Shown one piece after another: positions 26,917 through 42,084 of a stretch of 64,000 bases of DNA. The stretch lies in assembly GCF_009914755.1 (NCBI RefSeq), contig NC_060937.1; one strand, given 5' to 3'. Position 1 is the stretch's first letter, and the number at the start of each line of letters is the position of its first letter. The DNA is from the human T2T-CHM13v2.0 reference genome, Homo sapiens. The notes under the pieces were generated by a model that did not search any database, had not been told where the DNA came from, and worked only from the letters and a program-made list of their open reading frames with translations. Made by a program: the position numbers and the translations under genes.

Positions 26917-28573
26917 GTAGCATCCTAATGATTCTGAAAATTACACAAGGAAGATGCTGTAATCGGCTAGACTGTGGCTGGCTTATCAACACTGGGCCAT
27001 GTATTGTGTTTCTGCATTTCTAATTTGATTACCTGGAAGCTTGCATCATTAAACTAAAAGGCATCCACATTTTATGTCTTGATAGGACAAAAAAAAAAAA
27101 GAAAGATTAATGATACTTTAGGAAATGATCGACTCGACTTTACCCAGGAAATGATCTCTTCTCACTAATGTTTCTTTCCAGACTCAACAGCCTTGCCTAT
27201 GATTCTATAATTAGAAATATAATATTCAAATCCAGGTACTAGAAAAAATGTGGGGCTTATTTTCTCTACCTCTATATTTGCTATATTTGTTTGGCTTATT
27301 GTCTTCTTTCTTGCTCAATGAAGAAAATGTATTTAAGCGTGAGTATCAGAAAAATAAAATTAAATGATTTATAGAGTTTTCTCATTTGGGGAATATTCTA
27401 CTTTTATACTAGTTAATTGTGTTTTGGGACATAAGACACAGGAAAGGTTTTCCTGTAGTGCTTATGTAGTAACTTTTTAGCCCACAGAAATGTGTTATAT
27501 TTTCTACCAATATGACCAGTAAATACTTCTACCCAGAATATCTGAAGGGAAGATACTCAGTGTGATTTCCTGTGCATGATAGTGTGTCTCAAAATGAGAA
27601 TTACAAAACCTGATAGTGCTGTAAAGCTGTAAAGGTTTTATGTTTAGGCCAACATGCTGTCCTAAGGCATTTACAAATTAACTGCTGCAAAAAATACTGT
27701 TTACTAAAAATATTTTACTAAAAATATTTTTTAAATCCCATAGCCTGATAGTCTCTTACTAATAATCTTTATTAATATTCTCTTGAACTTGATATTACAG
27801 TATTGCAAACAGTGCTTTGTAAGACTTTCTAATGGATCAAAGACAACTTTTATTAGTTGTTTGATGTGTAATTCTAGAAGACTGTAAGTTTCCTTAGACC
27901 TCAAGGCCCTATTCTTCGAACATGCTTCCATCCAAGAGTCCAATTACTTCTCTACTAGCATATACTATGTAGGCCCAGAAATCAGCTGGTCAGGGTCTAG
28001 GAGTCGGGTATATACTCTTGCCTAAGGGGAGGCATAATAAAGGGTAGTAGGAAATGACACAAGAAAAATTCAAGACAGAATACCAGCCCTTGATAGGCTG
28101 TTGAAGACGGAGGGTGAACGTGGAAAAAACAATGGGCAAAGAACACTATATAAAATTAAGTACTCAATTGCACAAGGTTCAAAGTTGTTTTCTTGTTCTT
28201 AGGAATGGAATCAAGCAGGGCTGATTTTGTTAGACATAAAGAAAATTAAGCTCTACAGCTCTCTTGGGTAGCATAGAATTTCCCTGGTGGGTTACATACA
28301 TATTGATAAGACTCCAAGACCAGAGTTTGGTACCTCTTAATATTGATTCATGGTTTTAATGGCTGAAGTGTGTGATGCTAGGGTAGACATCACTGAACCA
28401 CCCTAAATTGTGTACTGTGGTGGTTTGCAAAACGCTATTTGGTGTCAGCTGAAAAACTGCACTTCATCTTAGATGAAGCCAAGTCGCCAGTATATAAATG
28501 GGTGGCCTCTTTACAAAAAAAACTATATGATAAAAAGGTTGGTCTATAATCCTCCTGGGAGTGGTGTAGGGAG

Positions 28574-28629
<56 letters not shown>
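28574..28629 (+). repeat. (GA)n microsatellite
   Basis: About 28 units with one interruption. Confidence 0.97.
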
Positions 28630-28632
<3 letters not shown>

Positions 28633-29439
28633 TAATCATTTGCATGCCATGCTTCCCCCTCCAAGAAAAATTTCTTGCTTATTGCAGCTTTTCTTAACTC
28701 TAAAATGAAGAACATGAATGTACCTGTAGTAGCTAATTTAATTGAAGCAGACATCCATATCCATATGATTTGGGGGGAAGATATGATTATGGAAGGATAA
28801 AATATACATCAGTGCATGCTCAAGAGTGCTTTACCTCTGCCTCCTAGTTTAGGAATCTAGAAAATGTTCATCTTAACCCCTCTCTGAGAGATCTCTCAAG
28901 TGACCAGTGGGCTGCACTGTCAGAGCCTGCCAGGAGAAACCAGTGCGGACTAATCACAGTATGTTAACCTTCTGGACCATTTGCTATAAAATGCTGCTGG
29001 TCACTTTAGCATCTGCAGGAGGCTTCCAGACTTCACCTGCTGTTCATGAATTCTTTGCTGAAGCACACCAGGAAATGATGCTAGGAATCTGTTTCTTGCT
29101 TGGCTTCACCTTTTTTCCTTGTCCAAAGTACTTCTCAGTGGGGACAATAACCTAACATACTGAGTTCAGTGTAAACAGGAAATCTGGCAGCAAAAACTGG
29201 ACCAGGGACTAACTTTGCAAAGCCAAGTTTTAATGAGTAATTTGCAAAGTAATTAATCAAGAGGTCATTGTCCCTAGAAAATGGAGTAAGTGTACCCCAC
29301 ACTGATGTGGTACCTCTTTTGGCTGCCTGAGGCCACAGCTGATCTTCCTTATAACTAGTGGTGACCCACTAGTAAGAGAGTAACCCAGCATTTCCAGGAT
29401 CAAAGACAGAAAATGTGGAGTCTACCTCTTCAGTCTTGA

Positions 29440-30005
<566 letters not shown>

Positions 30006-30639
30006 TTATTGATGAATATTCTTTTTGAAATATGGAAAGATAATATATTTCCAAATACATTTTAGATATAGTGATACAAGAGATTGTGTATTTCTTTATG
30101 CTTAGGAGACATAGTGACCCTAGGGGAACAATGCATTGATTTAAAGTTGCTGTACTCGGATAAAATGAATGTGATTATATAGTCTTCCAAAAAATATGAC
30201 ATTAAGCATAAACTGTTTGAAATTTTACGCTAGGTTCAAGTATCCTGAAATATTTCAAAGCTATATTTATTGCTATATTTTCATAGATAATGTTAAGGTA
30301 TATGCAAATCCATGATGAGAATGCAAATAATTTAAATATGTAAACATTTAAAATCATATTTCAAAATTTAGAGTCCTTACACTAAAAAGAAAAAATGAAA
30401 TCTATAAAAAGGCAGAAACAAAATAAATCTACAGGTTCTTCCAAGCAGTAGAGAAATACTTGGGCTGTTTCAAGGCTGCCAGCAATATTTATTTCCATAG
30501 ATTGTCATAGAAATTCTAAAAGTCCTGTTACTTTTAGTAATTGTATAGTTTTCTTTACCTTCCATAGTGGAACATTTATTTCCTTTTTTGGGGTGGTGGG
30601 AACATTTTACTTTAAAGACATTATTTTTACTTAAAATAT

Positions 30640-30850
30640 ATGAAACAGAGAGGAAACATAGGAACACACACTTTGGAGCCAAACTGCTTAGGTTATATGA
30701 GCTAGAGCTAGTTACTTAGCCTGTCTGTGCCTCAGTTTCCTCATTCATAAAATGAGAGACAGAGCAGTATCTGTGTTAATGAGGATTAAATGAGTTAATA
30801 TTTATGAAGTCTGGCCCACAGGAAGTACTGCTAAGTGTTTGCTATTATTA
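30640..30850 (+). mobile_element. MIR SINE
   Basis: GTTACTTAGCCTGTCTGTGCCTCAGTTTCCTCATTCATAAAATG..GAGGATTAAATGAGTTAAT. Confidence 0.75.
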
Positions 30851-31664
30851 GGGCACCTACACAGCCTTTATTCATTAAACAAACATTCCCTGAGAGCCCA
30901 CAAGATCAGACACTGGACTAGGGATAATAAGGCAACCTCCAGTATCTCACAAGTACAGTGGGCAAGTCAGATTTCTAGACAAATGAATAGAAGACAGTGA
31001 TGTAGAAAAGCTGAATGCCAATTTGGTGATATGGAGGAAGGTATGCCGAGATGGGCAGTGGAGGTGAAAACTAGCTTGTCTTAAATACATGCCATTTGAT
31101 CAGTTGAAATAAGGTCCAGATGTTGACATTTATTTTGGATTTTTCCCTCAGCCAAGCAGCCTAATTCCTGGCCCTTTCCTTCCTTTCCCTAGTCTCACTT
31201 TTCTTTAAGAGCCCAGTCTTAATGGAGCCGTTGAAGGGCTGGATCGCGACAGAGGTGTAGCTGATAACACAGAACTCTAGTTGACAGATGTGCGTCTCTC
31301 AGTGCTGATCCATATGCCAACTGTATGCCTACAATTGACTGGCCTACTTATTGGAGATAGAAAGGAGTTACTGCTTTAGTTTACAAACTTCCTTTCCACC
31401 CCTTCCCAGGGCAACTGCTACACTTATTGGAGCCATGCTGCAAATATTCTCTAGTTGTATTGGATATGTGGCACAAATCCTCTAAAGTGTATTTCACTCA
31501 CGAAAATGTAAGCCCTGGACCATTCTGATTTCCCAGCAGTTTGTCACACTGTGTATTTATGAACAAAGTTAACATTACCAAATGGAAGTTGTGCATTGAG
31601 GCCCCGGGTTAGGAGTAAAGGAGCTTTTCCAGGAAAGTAATAGACGTCTCATTGTTAATCAGTT

Positions 31665-32075
31665 GGTATCTCAGTCCACTTGTGCTGTTGTAAAGAAATA
31701 CCTGATGCTGGGAAATTTATAAAGAAAAGAGGTTTATTTGACTTATAATTCCACAGGCTATACAAGAAGCATGGCTCCAGCATCTGCTTCTGGGGAGGAG
31801 CTCAGGCTGCTTCCACTCATGGTGGAAGGGGAGCCAACATGTAGAGATCACAAAGTGAGAGAGGAGGCAAGAGGGAGAGGGAGGTGCCAGGCTCTTTTTA
31901 AACAACCAGCTCTTGTGTGAACTGCCAGAGCAAGAACTCATAACCACGAGGATGGCACCAAGCCATTCATGAGGGATCCACCCCATGACCCAAAAACCTC
32001 CTTTTAGGCCCCACCTCCAACACTGGAGATCAGATTTCAGCATGAAGTTCGAAAGGTCAAATATCCAAACTAGCA
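31665..32075 (-). mobile_element. MaLR solo LTR (MSTB-like)
   Basis: AAAGAAATACCTGA..TTTATAAAGAAAAGAGGTTTATTTG..GGCCCCACCTCCAACACTGG..ATCCAAACTAGCA. Confidence 0.88.
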
Positions 32076-35000
32076 CTTGGTAAGCCCCAACTATGGGAAT
32101 CCAAATATGAATCAGATACTCAAGGATCTCTTAGTTGGATAGAGGAAATGTGTATGGTTGCAAATGTTAGGAGCACAATAATGGAATCATAAACATATTT
32201 CAGTGGTGGCTTAAAGGAGGGAGTGGTCAATTATGCTTGGGGTGGGGAGATACTATTAGAGATCCCCTACTAGATAATTGCCACAACAAGCAGCAGCACG
32301 TATTAACTAAGGACCTACTGCATGTGGAACATGGCACCCAGGGCTGTATTACACACCAAGGTGGGACAGTGGAAGGTAGACCAGCAAGCCCACATAGCCA
32401 CATCTAGCCCAGTCCTGCATCATAAGGTCCCATCTGAGCTGAGGTCATGTTCCAGCCATCAGCACACCTATATTCATGTCATGTCTACTTTTGTAGGGAT
32501 GGCTTAGAAGTTATTTGCCTCACTACTGAGATTGAGAGTGTGTTTATCTTATCTAAAATGTGCAGGAGATGCTGAAGCAAGCAAGTGAACGGCAAACTTC
32601 TACTGAAATGATCAACATCACCAGCAAAGCAGAAACTTGATCCAAATATAACCATAGAATGTTAACAATGGGAAGGAATAGGGAGAGAAGCTTTGGGAAG
32701 GAGTATGGCTTTGAGTCAAATGAGAGATGATTAATGAGTGAGGAATAAAAGCAAAGCATTGAAACTAACACATACTGAGAAAGATAATGTAATGCAAAAA
32801 GGGAAGCATTATGATAAAAAATTCAAGTGATTGAACGAAATGGAAACTGATTTACAAGGTGGTAGGGATACAGCTGGAAGCTCAGCAGTTCCATCTGGGA
32901 ATAAAAAGTAGGAAGTTAACCTGTTCCAAGTGACCCTCCTCAGCCCAGTAATGATATTGTCAAAGGGGAAGGGGAGTGAGTAAATAAAATAAAGGGGTTA
33001 ACTCCATGCAGAAGAGAAATTTCCAGGTTGGGATCAAGAAACCAAGATGATTAAATCAACCCAGAATACTTTGTGTGAAATATGATCAAAGCGATAAGAA
33101 GATTATCTTCTCAAATTATATCCCTAGTAGGAGTCCCCAGATGGGGTGGCAGGGATATATGTGGATTTTAGAAAATGGCTGCTTTAAACAGTTCAGGAAG
33201 GTGGCCTGAAACAAAAAATGGATAATGAGGACAACAACAAAATCCTAACCTATAGATCCCTCCACATATACAAGACTTAAGAATAAAGGAATCAATTGCC
33301 TCTCTCCAAGCCATACCAGTTGTCTGGGTATGCCCAATCACCTTTTTCACAAGTCAGGAAAAGGTACCAGATCTAAAATTAAAATGACAGACAGACAGAT
33401 AGATTGACACAGATATAGACAGACAGATTCAAAGAAGAGGGCCTTGTTGATGCAAAGCTGGAATAGAAGGCAGAAATGTCACAATTGAGATACAAATAGG
33501 GTGGCTCCCAGAACATAAACAGGCCTTGGCGATAGAGGAAATGCTGGACAGACACCCAGGAGCCCTGAATTCTAAGCTCGCTGCTGCTCCTGCCTAGCTT
33601 TATGGTCTTGGTGAGGGAGTTGCCTGATGTGTTTCTGTGTTTTCGTGCTTGTAAAACAAGAGAGTTGCAATAAATGAATTCGAAGATCCTTACCACATTT
33701 AAAGATTTCTGTAACGATATAAAGAATAGAGGAATATGAAGTGAACCCAGTTCTCATGACAAGTTCAAAGCGAATTCACCACTTGGGAAGTAAGTATCAA
33801 GTTTCCATCATTTAGACATTAATTTATTTCTCTTCTGTTTTTAGATTGCCAACCCACTCCTGATCTAAGTTCACAAAAAACCTGTTTCATGTCTTTCTCA
33901 AAACCTTCCAGGAATGCCATATTATCTGTAATTTAAATTTCAACAAGAATAGGCACATTTGGATTATTAAAGGCCATACTGTCCATATTTGTGCATATTC
34001 TTCCTGTTTTGCTCCTGCTGGAGATACTTTTTGGGGTATTGGAACCCTCTGTTCACTCTCCTCTGTGAGTGTTATTTCTTTGGAATATACATGCCAGGGG
34101 ATTTAAACATTGTGCAGTAGAATATTACTTGATAACATCAGTTGTATTTATAAATCATCATATGTAAAACATGAGACACAAATTGCCTTGTTTCTACTGC
34201 AGGGTCAGGTGTTCTTTCTCCTGTTCAAGGTAATTAGACAGTGACTTGTATAATAAACCCAAGGGTGGAAAAGACATTTCAGCCTGCCAGTTACACATAG
34301 AATTGCACTGACTTTGTATCCGTAGGGTATTTAATGCCACCCTAAGGGATCAGAAAAGCAGGACCCCTCTCTTTTGTATAGGTTCCAGAAGAGTGGAAAG
34401 TTATTTAAGAATATTGTAGAACCTTGCATGAAAATATGTCTTCAATAGAATTGAGGCTCTGTGGCCAGAGAGGCAAATCAATGAGAGTGGGGTTAGAGGA
34501 AGACAAGAATCAGAAAGGCAAGAGTCAGACGACAAGACTGAGCAGACTGGGGGAAAGTCCTGGTAAATTGCAGACAACAATCTTGGTCAAGTTACATTTG
34601 AATTGCTGATGAGCTGCCTCAGAGAAGATGCTGCAGAGATAGTAGAGAGGCAAGATTCCACAGGATGAAGAGATCTGGGGTGGACAGTAGAACCAGGGAC
34701 CTAGGAACATAAGGTGGATGATAGAATTTGTGTACAGGTAATCGATTAAAAAAAGGCAATTAGTGTTTGACAATTAGACAAACAGTGGAATTTATTTTAC
34801 TTTTTGAAATTCACACAAGCAAGAGAAAGTAAAGTCCTTAAGGCTATGTCTACACTAAACTCACAAGGGAAGTCAGAGGGTCCAGAACATCTTTTAGTGT
34901 TCCCTGCAATCCTGCAACCTGGAGTTCCCCAAGAAATTTTTGAAACGGATGCTCCGTCTGCATTCCAGGTAGGATGTTTTGTGTTGGGTTCTGTTTGCTT

Positions 35001-36760
35001 TGCATTTTGATTCCCGTATAGAATAATCTACTAGAGTGGATTCTGGAACTCCATTCGATCTTTAGACCAGTGGGTTCCTTGAGGATCTGAAATATGAGCC
35101 TCCTAGTGAGTTTAAGTTTATAAATGGCCTGCCTTGAACATGCACTTGGAAAGATTAGTGGGAAGTCCTGCTACAGGCATAGCCATTGATAAAATTCCAG
35201 GAGAGAGACTCAATGATGAGGAAAGTCTCAGCTAAAAAAATCCACCCAGAGTTTGATGAGGATAAAGGTATAATAGAGGCAATTAGCATTGTTCACAAGA
35301 AGCCAAATTCTGACTTTAATTAAGAAACATAAAGGTAAATTAAAGAAAAAAATTTTATTTAAAAATTCAGTAAAGTACTAGAGAAGAAAATGCTGATTAT
35401 CACAGAATATATCACAGGTTTCTGTTAAAGGGGAGGAAAAGAAGTTAGTGTTATCAGGAAGAGCCGTTGGTTCAAAAGAGGCTTTTATGAAAATTAGTTT
35501 GAGAAAGTGACATTCTTAATTGATGATATGAAAGGTTTAAAACATTTCCTGCACTTTTTTGTCTTTGTGTTTAATTAGTATGCTCTGACATATGTCAGGT
35601 CATTAATAATTTTGCAACATTAGTTAATCTGCCCAAGTTGAATATTATAAATGTATGTGCATATGTGTGTGTGCATTACTTAATAGAACAAGAATGTGAG
35701 TCTGTAACGTCTAGCTCAGTTTTGAGATCCCTAGACTGGGTTGCCTCTCATTAATAGAATTAATGGAATTTAAGATATATTAAATAGTAACCAATTTATG
35801 ATATTCTAATCCTTACTCCACAAATATATTGTTGTATGAGTTTTAAACATTTCTGCTTTAGTACCATACTTGAAAATTCAGGGTGTTGGCAGAACGAAAG
35901 CCCACTTGAAATATTAACTCCAAAATAGACTCATTTTTTCCTTGCCAGTATAGGCAAATCTACAGGGACCTTTTGTTGCCAGTCAGATGGAAAAATCCTA
36001 TTTTAGGAATCAACCCTATTTTTAAATAGTTTTCAGTCATTACTTAATGAAAGGCATAGCTCTTGATCTGCTTTTCAAAGGATTAAACAAAAATCTGGGC
36101 TTCAAGTGAAATGTCAACAAATGCCACATATACCCTACATTGAAAAGTTTAAGTTGTGTGGCTAATTAATACTAGAGCATCAGAGATAAATTTGCATGAC
36201 ACTAGCCATTTATTATTTTAAGCTTTTTTGGTAAATGTTTTCTTAAACACATTTTAACAGTTGTTTGATATAAGGTATAATAAAGGCATCCAAATTCATA
36301 GTTTGATAATTTGCATTGAGTTCTTTTCTCTATGCTAAATAAAGTATGGATATTGCTAAGACAGTTTTCAAAGTATAATGTGTTCAATCGTGATCATGAT
36401 CGATGGCTGAATGTATTTCCAAATATACTCATAATTTTAGCTTAAATGTAGTTGAGTTGAGTGCAGATTGAATAACAAATGGAATTGAGATACAGTGGAA
36501 ACTTGAAGCTAAGTCAGATAAAGACCACTAGCATTACCCTTGGGTGTGGACCAGAGTGGAAAAGGAATCTGGGATTCTGATGTTGCAATAGCTAACCCTG
36601 AAACTCGATGCAATGCTTGACTTATGAAGAGACCTAATTGTGTGTATGCACAGTATTTTGAAAGGATCAAATACACACACACACACAGAGACTAGATCAT
36701 AAGTAGTTTGATAGCTAGATAAATAATCCATTCAAAAAATACATATATAGAGAAAGCATG

Positions 36761-36788
36761 GTGTGTGTGTGTGTGTGTGTGTGTGTGT
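36761..36788 (+). repeat. (GT)14 microsatellite
   Basis: Perfect run; a short (CA)n lies at ~36674-36687. Confidence 0.95.
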
Positions 36789-37759
36789 TCTATGGATGGA
36801 TGGGTGTATACACATATATGTATGTACACTTATATTTAAAGCTATATCTCAGTTGTCTGGAAGTGATTCTCAAATTGTCTCCCTGCTTTTCCTGTGCATT
36901 CCTGTACAACATGGAAGTTGTAAATGATTGTAAAGTTGTCAGTAATGCCCCTAGGCTCATGTTAGCTTACAGATGAGAGCTAATTCTGGGTAGATAATAT
37001 CTGAGCTTATTTATTAAAACACATTTTTGCTTTTCTTTTTTAAGAGTTACTTAAAAAATAAATAAAGGCAATGGAAAGCTTTTCCAGTGATTTTTTTTTC
37101 ATGTGAAATTAAGTTTTAGCCTTAGACCATGTGAGGTGGGGTAGATATCATAGAAACCCAGGACCAAGCTGCTATCCCGAGGGTAACATTTCTAACTTTA
37201 TTAGCATTTCTAACATTTCTGACTTTGAGATGTAATTTCCATAGGAGCCTGTGGTTCAAATTTGAGGTGTTCAGAACTAAATGTGGAATTTTCAGATCAT
37301 GGAAGTGAGATTTATTTTGATGAGGAAAAACCCTGTACCTATGTGGAAACATAAGCTTTGAGACATCAGTATTCATGTGCATCAGGGTTTATCTTTTATA
37401 TTATCAGATCTGTTTCTGAATCTGCCCCTGCTCACCAAAAAAGTCTAGATTTGCTTCCAAATTAAAGATACGGTATATAGTACCTAGTGGTAAGAGAGTG
37501 AAGATACATAGTCTAGATGCAGTGGGTTATTTCTAAACATTGCCTTCAAACATGACTGCAAATACATTAGAAGAAAAATTATTAAGTGATTGGGATAAAT
37601 ATAATTAGCCTTTGGGTTGTTGCTATTATAATCAATGCAGAAATCTCATTAATTTATGCACAGTTTGGAGTTGATGATTATGTGAGATCTCAGCATAATC
37701 TCCAATTTCTATATTTATAATAAAAGAAGAAATAAATAGCATGGACAAGATAGATTTCC

Positions 37760-37960
37760 TTACATGAGCAACATAATGAGTGCCCGTAAGTGCTAGGCAT
37801 GATGTATGTTATATAACCTAATGTTCATAAGTTGCCTCTGGGGTAGATGATATTATCTGTATTTTACCAATAAGAAAATCTGAGGCTTATGGTTTAAGGG
37901 ACTAATCAAGGTCATGTATCTAAGGAAGTGGATTGAGGATGTGAACTTGGGTCCTGTGCT
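37760..37960 (-). mobile_element. MIR SINE
   Basis: GTGCTAGGCA..GGTAGATGATATTATCTGTATTTTACCAATAAGAAAATCTGAGGCTT. Confidence 0.6.
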
Positions 37961-38794
37961 TTTCTGAGTACCAACCCTCGTAAGTTCCTTAGGCATTTTT
38001 ATTCCTTTGTTCAACCCATTTCCTGAGTGACACTATGGTAAACATTATTTTTGCAAGCAATATGCTTACTACTGTATTTACCAGTCACTCTTATCTGAGC
38101 ACTAGAGCAGTTCTCTCAAGAACTTCAAGGTGCTACTGCTTTCTTAGACTGGCAGAGACTGTATATACCTTTGAAATATTCATATCCTAGTAATGTATAC
38201 TCTTTCCGACTCCTGCATGTCTCTTACTAGTTTCATTATTGCTGTTTTACTGCACTTAATTGTGTGTGTTCATGGAACATCTTGGAGTCAGTATTCACTA
38301 TAGAAAAGGATTAATAAAGTCAAGACTTAATAGTAGCTACTTCCTGATAATGTTGTCTGCAAAGGCTCCTTCTGAATCTCAATCCTGAAAATGCTCTCAG
38401 ATATTGAGCTGATGCTGGCACAAATGAAAATCAGATAGAACTTTTAGGTAGTAATTTTTAGAATCTTTACTGAGTGTCAGGTAGGAGGAAGCAGCTGGGA
38501 ATATGCATTATTTTTAAAACTAAGAGCAAAGGTTTTCTTGTGTTCTTGTTGCCAGCTTCATGTTTCAGAAAATAGTTGACTCTCCTGATGTGTAAGTTCA
38601 TAAAGGCATGCCATGCTTCCTTCTCAGCTCTGAATTTAGTGAGCTTTTAGGTTTTGAGAGGTGTCTAAAATATTTCTTTCTCCTATTTAGTGAGACATAA
38701 ACATTTTTATTGAAATGCACAGGAAAACCCAACATAGTTCCTGCCATGCTGCCATGTGCAAGGCAATCTTGCCTGTTTCATCACTGCTGTTATG

Positions 38795-39091
<297 letters not shown>

Positions 39092-40827
39092 AATTGTGAT
39101 TTATTTAAAGCCTTTCTTCAGTCTATGAGATACACTGAGTTCTAAGTGCCCCTGTGAAATGTCAGTGAATGGAAGTGGGCAGGCAATTAAAGAAAGAAGC
39201 TATGTTGGCATAACTAGACTTTAGCATATGTATTTCAGGGAAAAAAAAAGGTAGCTCAAGTGATGGAAGAGTGGAAATATTTTAAAAGATGTCTAGGGAT
39301 TTGTTAGCAATGTATATCCTACCACATCATTTTTATTATACAATTTTCTCTTGGAAGAATCATGGGGTTTTACAGTAACAAAGACTTCCCCAGGCCTATA
39401 ATAAGCTGATGGGTTGCTTTTTCTCTTTCACTACTGCATGAAATTTCTGCTAACAGAGCTAGGCCTCATTAACCTTGTGCCATCATTTCATCTGTCCTGT
39501 TACCCGTTTCATAAAGGATGTCCTTTTGTGTCCCATGATCAAGATGGAAACACCTCTAATGAGAGCTTCACAGTTAGTGGAATGAGCCCCTGGTATGCAC
39601 ACTGGAAATCTACTTGCTTGAAAGTCAGATTTACATAGAGTGATCCTTCTTTAGCAATAATGTATGGCCCTAGAACTTGTGGCATCAGGCTATTTGAATC
39701 ATAATAAAAATATTTTTTATAAAAACAGGTGAAATTGGAAGAAACTTGGAGGTGTTGGGGTGGGTAGAATAAGAGAAAGAACAGGTGGCCAGAAGAGAGA
39801 GAGGAGGGAGAATAAAAGGAGACAAAGAAAGACAAACTTCTGTCATGTCCCAGTGAAGTTAGAAGCCACCCCAGGAATTTCTCAGATAGTTACATTGATA
39901 AGCAAGAGTGAGAAGTCCATACAATTGCCAGATGGATTATGTCAGTAAATATGCAAATTGGAAAATGCAGTTTCAACACAGTTTTGCTTCAGAGTTGTGT
40001 TTTCCTTTTCAGTCATACTTGAATTGAACACCTAATTTCCTCAACCTTATGTGTTGAGTGAATGTCATCTGGAAGCGTATGTTTCAGCTTACACATCTAT
40101 GACTTCTATACATCTAAAATTAAAATCTCATTTAATTTTAATGCATCTCATTTGCTAAGAAAATAGTAGTAATTTAGGCGGTTGTCTTTGTCACACACAC
40201 CAAAAGACCAATTAGAATGGTTCCCTTGTTTTTCTTGGCTTAGAGTCGTTTGTCTCATACCTGCTGGAAATTAATTTTAACAGTCAGTCACTTATTTAAT
40301 TAAGTTAGAAGACTTTTAAAAGGTAATGTATCCAATAAAATCGTAGACTAATGGCCACTATGAAATGCTCATTATGCTAGCAGCCTTTAAGCCTTTAGCA
40401 AAAAGAATTGTGAAGAGGGTTTATATGAATGGATTAGGTTTCATTTTAAAGTGCATTAAGTGACATAAACAAATGTGAAAAACTTAAGTAACTTACAAGT
40501 ACCTTAGATTACTAATTAAATGAAAAAAGGAGTTAAATATTGGAGTGGTAGTAAAGTTTCAGAGCAGTGTTTTCAGGTATGTTATATTAGTATATCCACC
40601 AGAGAGGAATAAATGTGTTTTAAGATAATATAAGGCCTATGATGTCAGATGTTTTCATGTGAGCTACAATTTATTTAAATGATCAGTATCTCCCTTGGGC
40701 TTGTTTTCTTGCTTAATAAATGAAATATGTGGTTATGCATTATAAGAAGAAATTAATAAGACATAATTCAAATGATAATTTCTTATGGGGAGAAAGTTCT
40801 AGATAGTCTATGTTAGAAGAAGCCCTA

Positions 40828-41430
40828 AAGTGGCATTACATAATAAAACTATAATGTAAGCCATATATATAATTTTAAATTTTCCACTAGACACATTAAA
40901 ACAAGTAAAAAGAAACAGGTAAATTTATTTAATACATTTTCTTTAGTGCAATATATGTCAAACATTATGTTAACTTATAATTCATATAACAAATTATTAA
41001 TGGAATTAAAACCTTTTTTTTGGCCAGGCACAGTGGCTTACACTTGTAATCCTAGCACATTGAGAGGCTGAGGCAGGAGTTCAAGAGCAGCCTGGCCAAC
41101 ATGGTGAAACCCCATCTCTGCTAAAAAAAAAAAAAAATACAAAAATTAGCCAGACGTGGTGGTGCACACCTCTAATCCCAGCCACTTGGGAGGCTGAGGC
41201 ACGATAATTGCTTGAACCCCGGAAGCAAAGGTTGCAGTTAGCCAAAATCCCACCACTGTATTCCAGCCTGGGTGACAGAATGATACCTCGTCTCAAAAAA
41301 AAAAAAAAAAAAAAAAAATCTAAGTCTTTGAAATCCAGGGTGCGTTTTACATGTACAGCACATTTCAATTCAGCTGTGTTTCATGTGCTCAGTAGCACAT
41401 GTACTGGCAATTACCATGCTGGACTTCAAA
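40828..41430. mobile_element. MER33-like hAT-Charlie element interrupted by an Alu
   Basis: TAATTTTAAATTTTCCACTAGACACATTAAAA..GTAAAAAGAAACAGGT and AAGTCTTTGAAATCCAGGGTGCGTTTTACA..GTGCTCAGTAGCACATGT. Confidence 0.7.
41022..41318 (+). mobile_element. Alu with an internal left-arm deletion
   Basis: GAGGCTGAGGCAGGAGTTCAAG junction lacks the GGATCAC..GAGGT segment; long A tail. Confidence 0.92.
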
Positions 41431-41489
41431 GCTCTGAAGCAAAGACTCACAGGGCCAAGCAGGCAAGAAAACGACTGAAACAGGTCACC

Positions 41490-41685
41490 TGGGACCTGTA
41501 GCAAACTGCCACTTTCTACATGCACAGGGCTGCTCTCAGCCCAGCCAGTTCCTGCCTTAGCCCTAGTGCTGCCAGATTTTCTGAAGCCAGAAATCCGGAG
41601 TCCTATTCTTGATATTTAAGTGTTGGCAACTAATGTAAACATCATACCATGCTGGCCTTCGGGTTGCCAGTTTGTGGCCTCTGTT
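41490..41685. mobile_element. MER102-like hAT-Charlie fragment
   Basis: TGCCAGATTTT..GAAGCCAGAAATCC..TGTTGGCAACTAAT..GCCAGTTTGTGGCCTCTG. Confidence 0.5.
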
Positions 41686-42084
41686 CCCAGGATTTCACAT
41701 TTTAAGCCATATAAGGGTTTCTGACTCGTCTAACAAGCTGTATTGGGTTCGGTGAAGGATAATAAAGGATCCCCTTTTTCACAAATACAGTGTGTTTGAA
41801 CATATTTTTGAATTTGTGGAATGGGTTCCACATTAGAATCAACTCAGTGGTTGCCCTTACCACCTTCCTGTGCCCGTAGAACGCAGAGCTGGAAAGCTCT
41901 AGGATAAAGTACTTCATTGCTCTAGCTTACTTCACCTCTCCCCCGTTGTTAACATTCATCCCACCAAAGCTGTTGTTGAAAGTCCCTAATGCGGTCTTCT
42001 TGAAGGCAGGCAGAATCTGTCTTATTCCACACTGTATCTCCAGCACTTGAATGGATGACTAGGTGATACATAAAACCCAAAGAA

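Noticed and set aside
27700-27730. Tandem ACTAAAAATATTTT duplication resembling MEF2 sites
   Set aside because: Lacks the terminal G of the MEF2 consensus; AT-rich slippage duplication
28473-28697. ORF with an (RE)n charged tract, and (CV)n or (TH)n ORFs elsewhere
   Set aside because: Translations of microsatellites
31220-31380. Mildly CpG-enriched non-repeat patch considered as a snoRNA or other ncRNA
   Set aside because: No convincing C/D or H/ACA box arrangement or terminal stem
36386-36404. Overlapping GATC palindromes (GATCATGATC, ATCGAT)
   Set aside because: 10-bp palindromes are expected many times by chance in 64 kb; no supporting context
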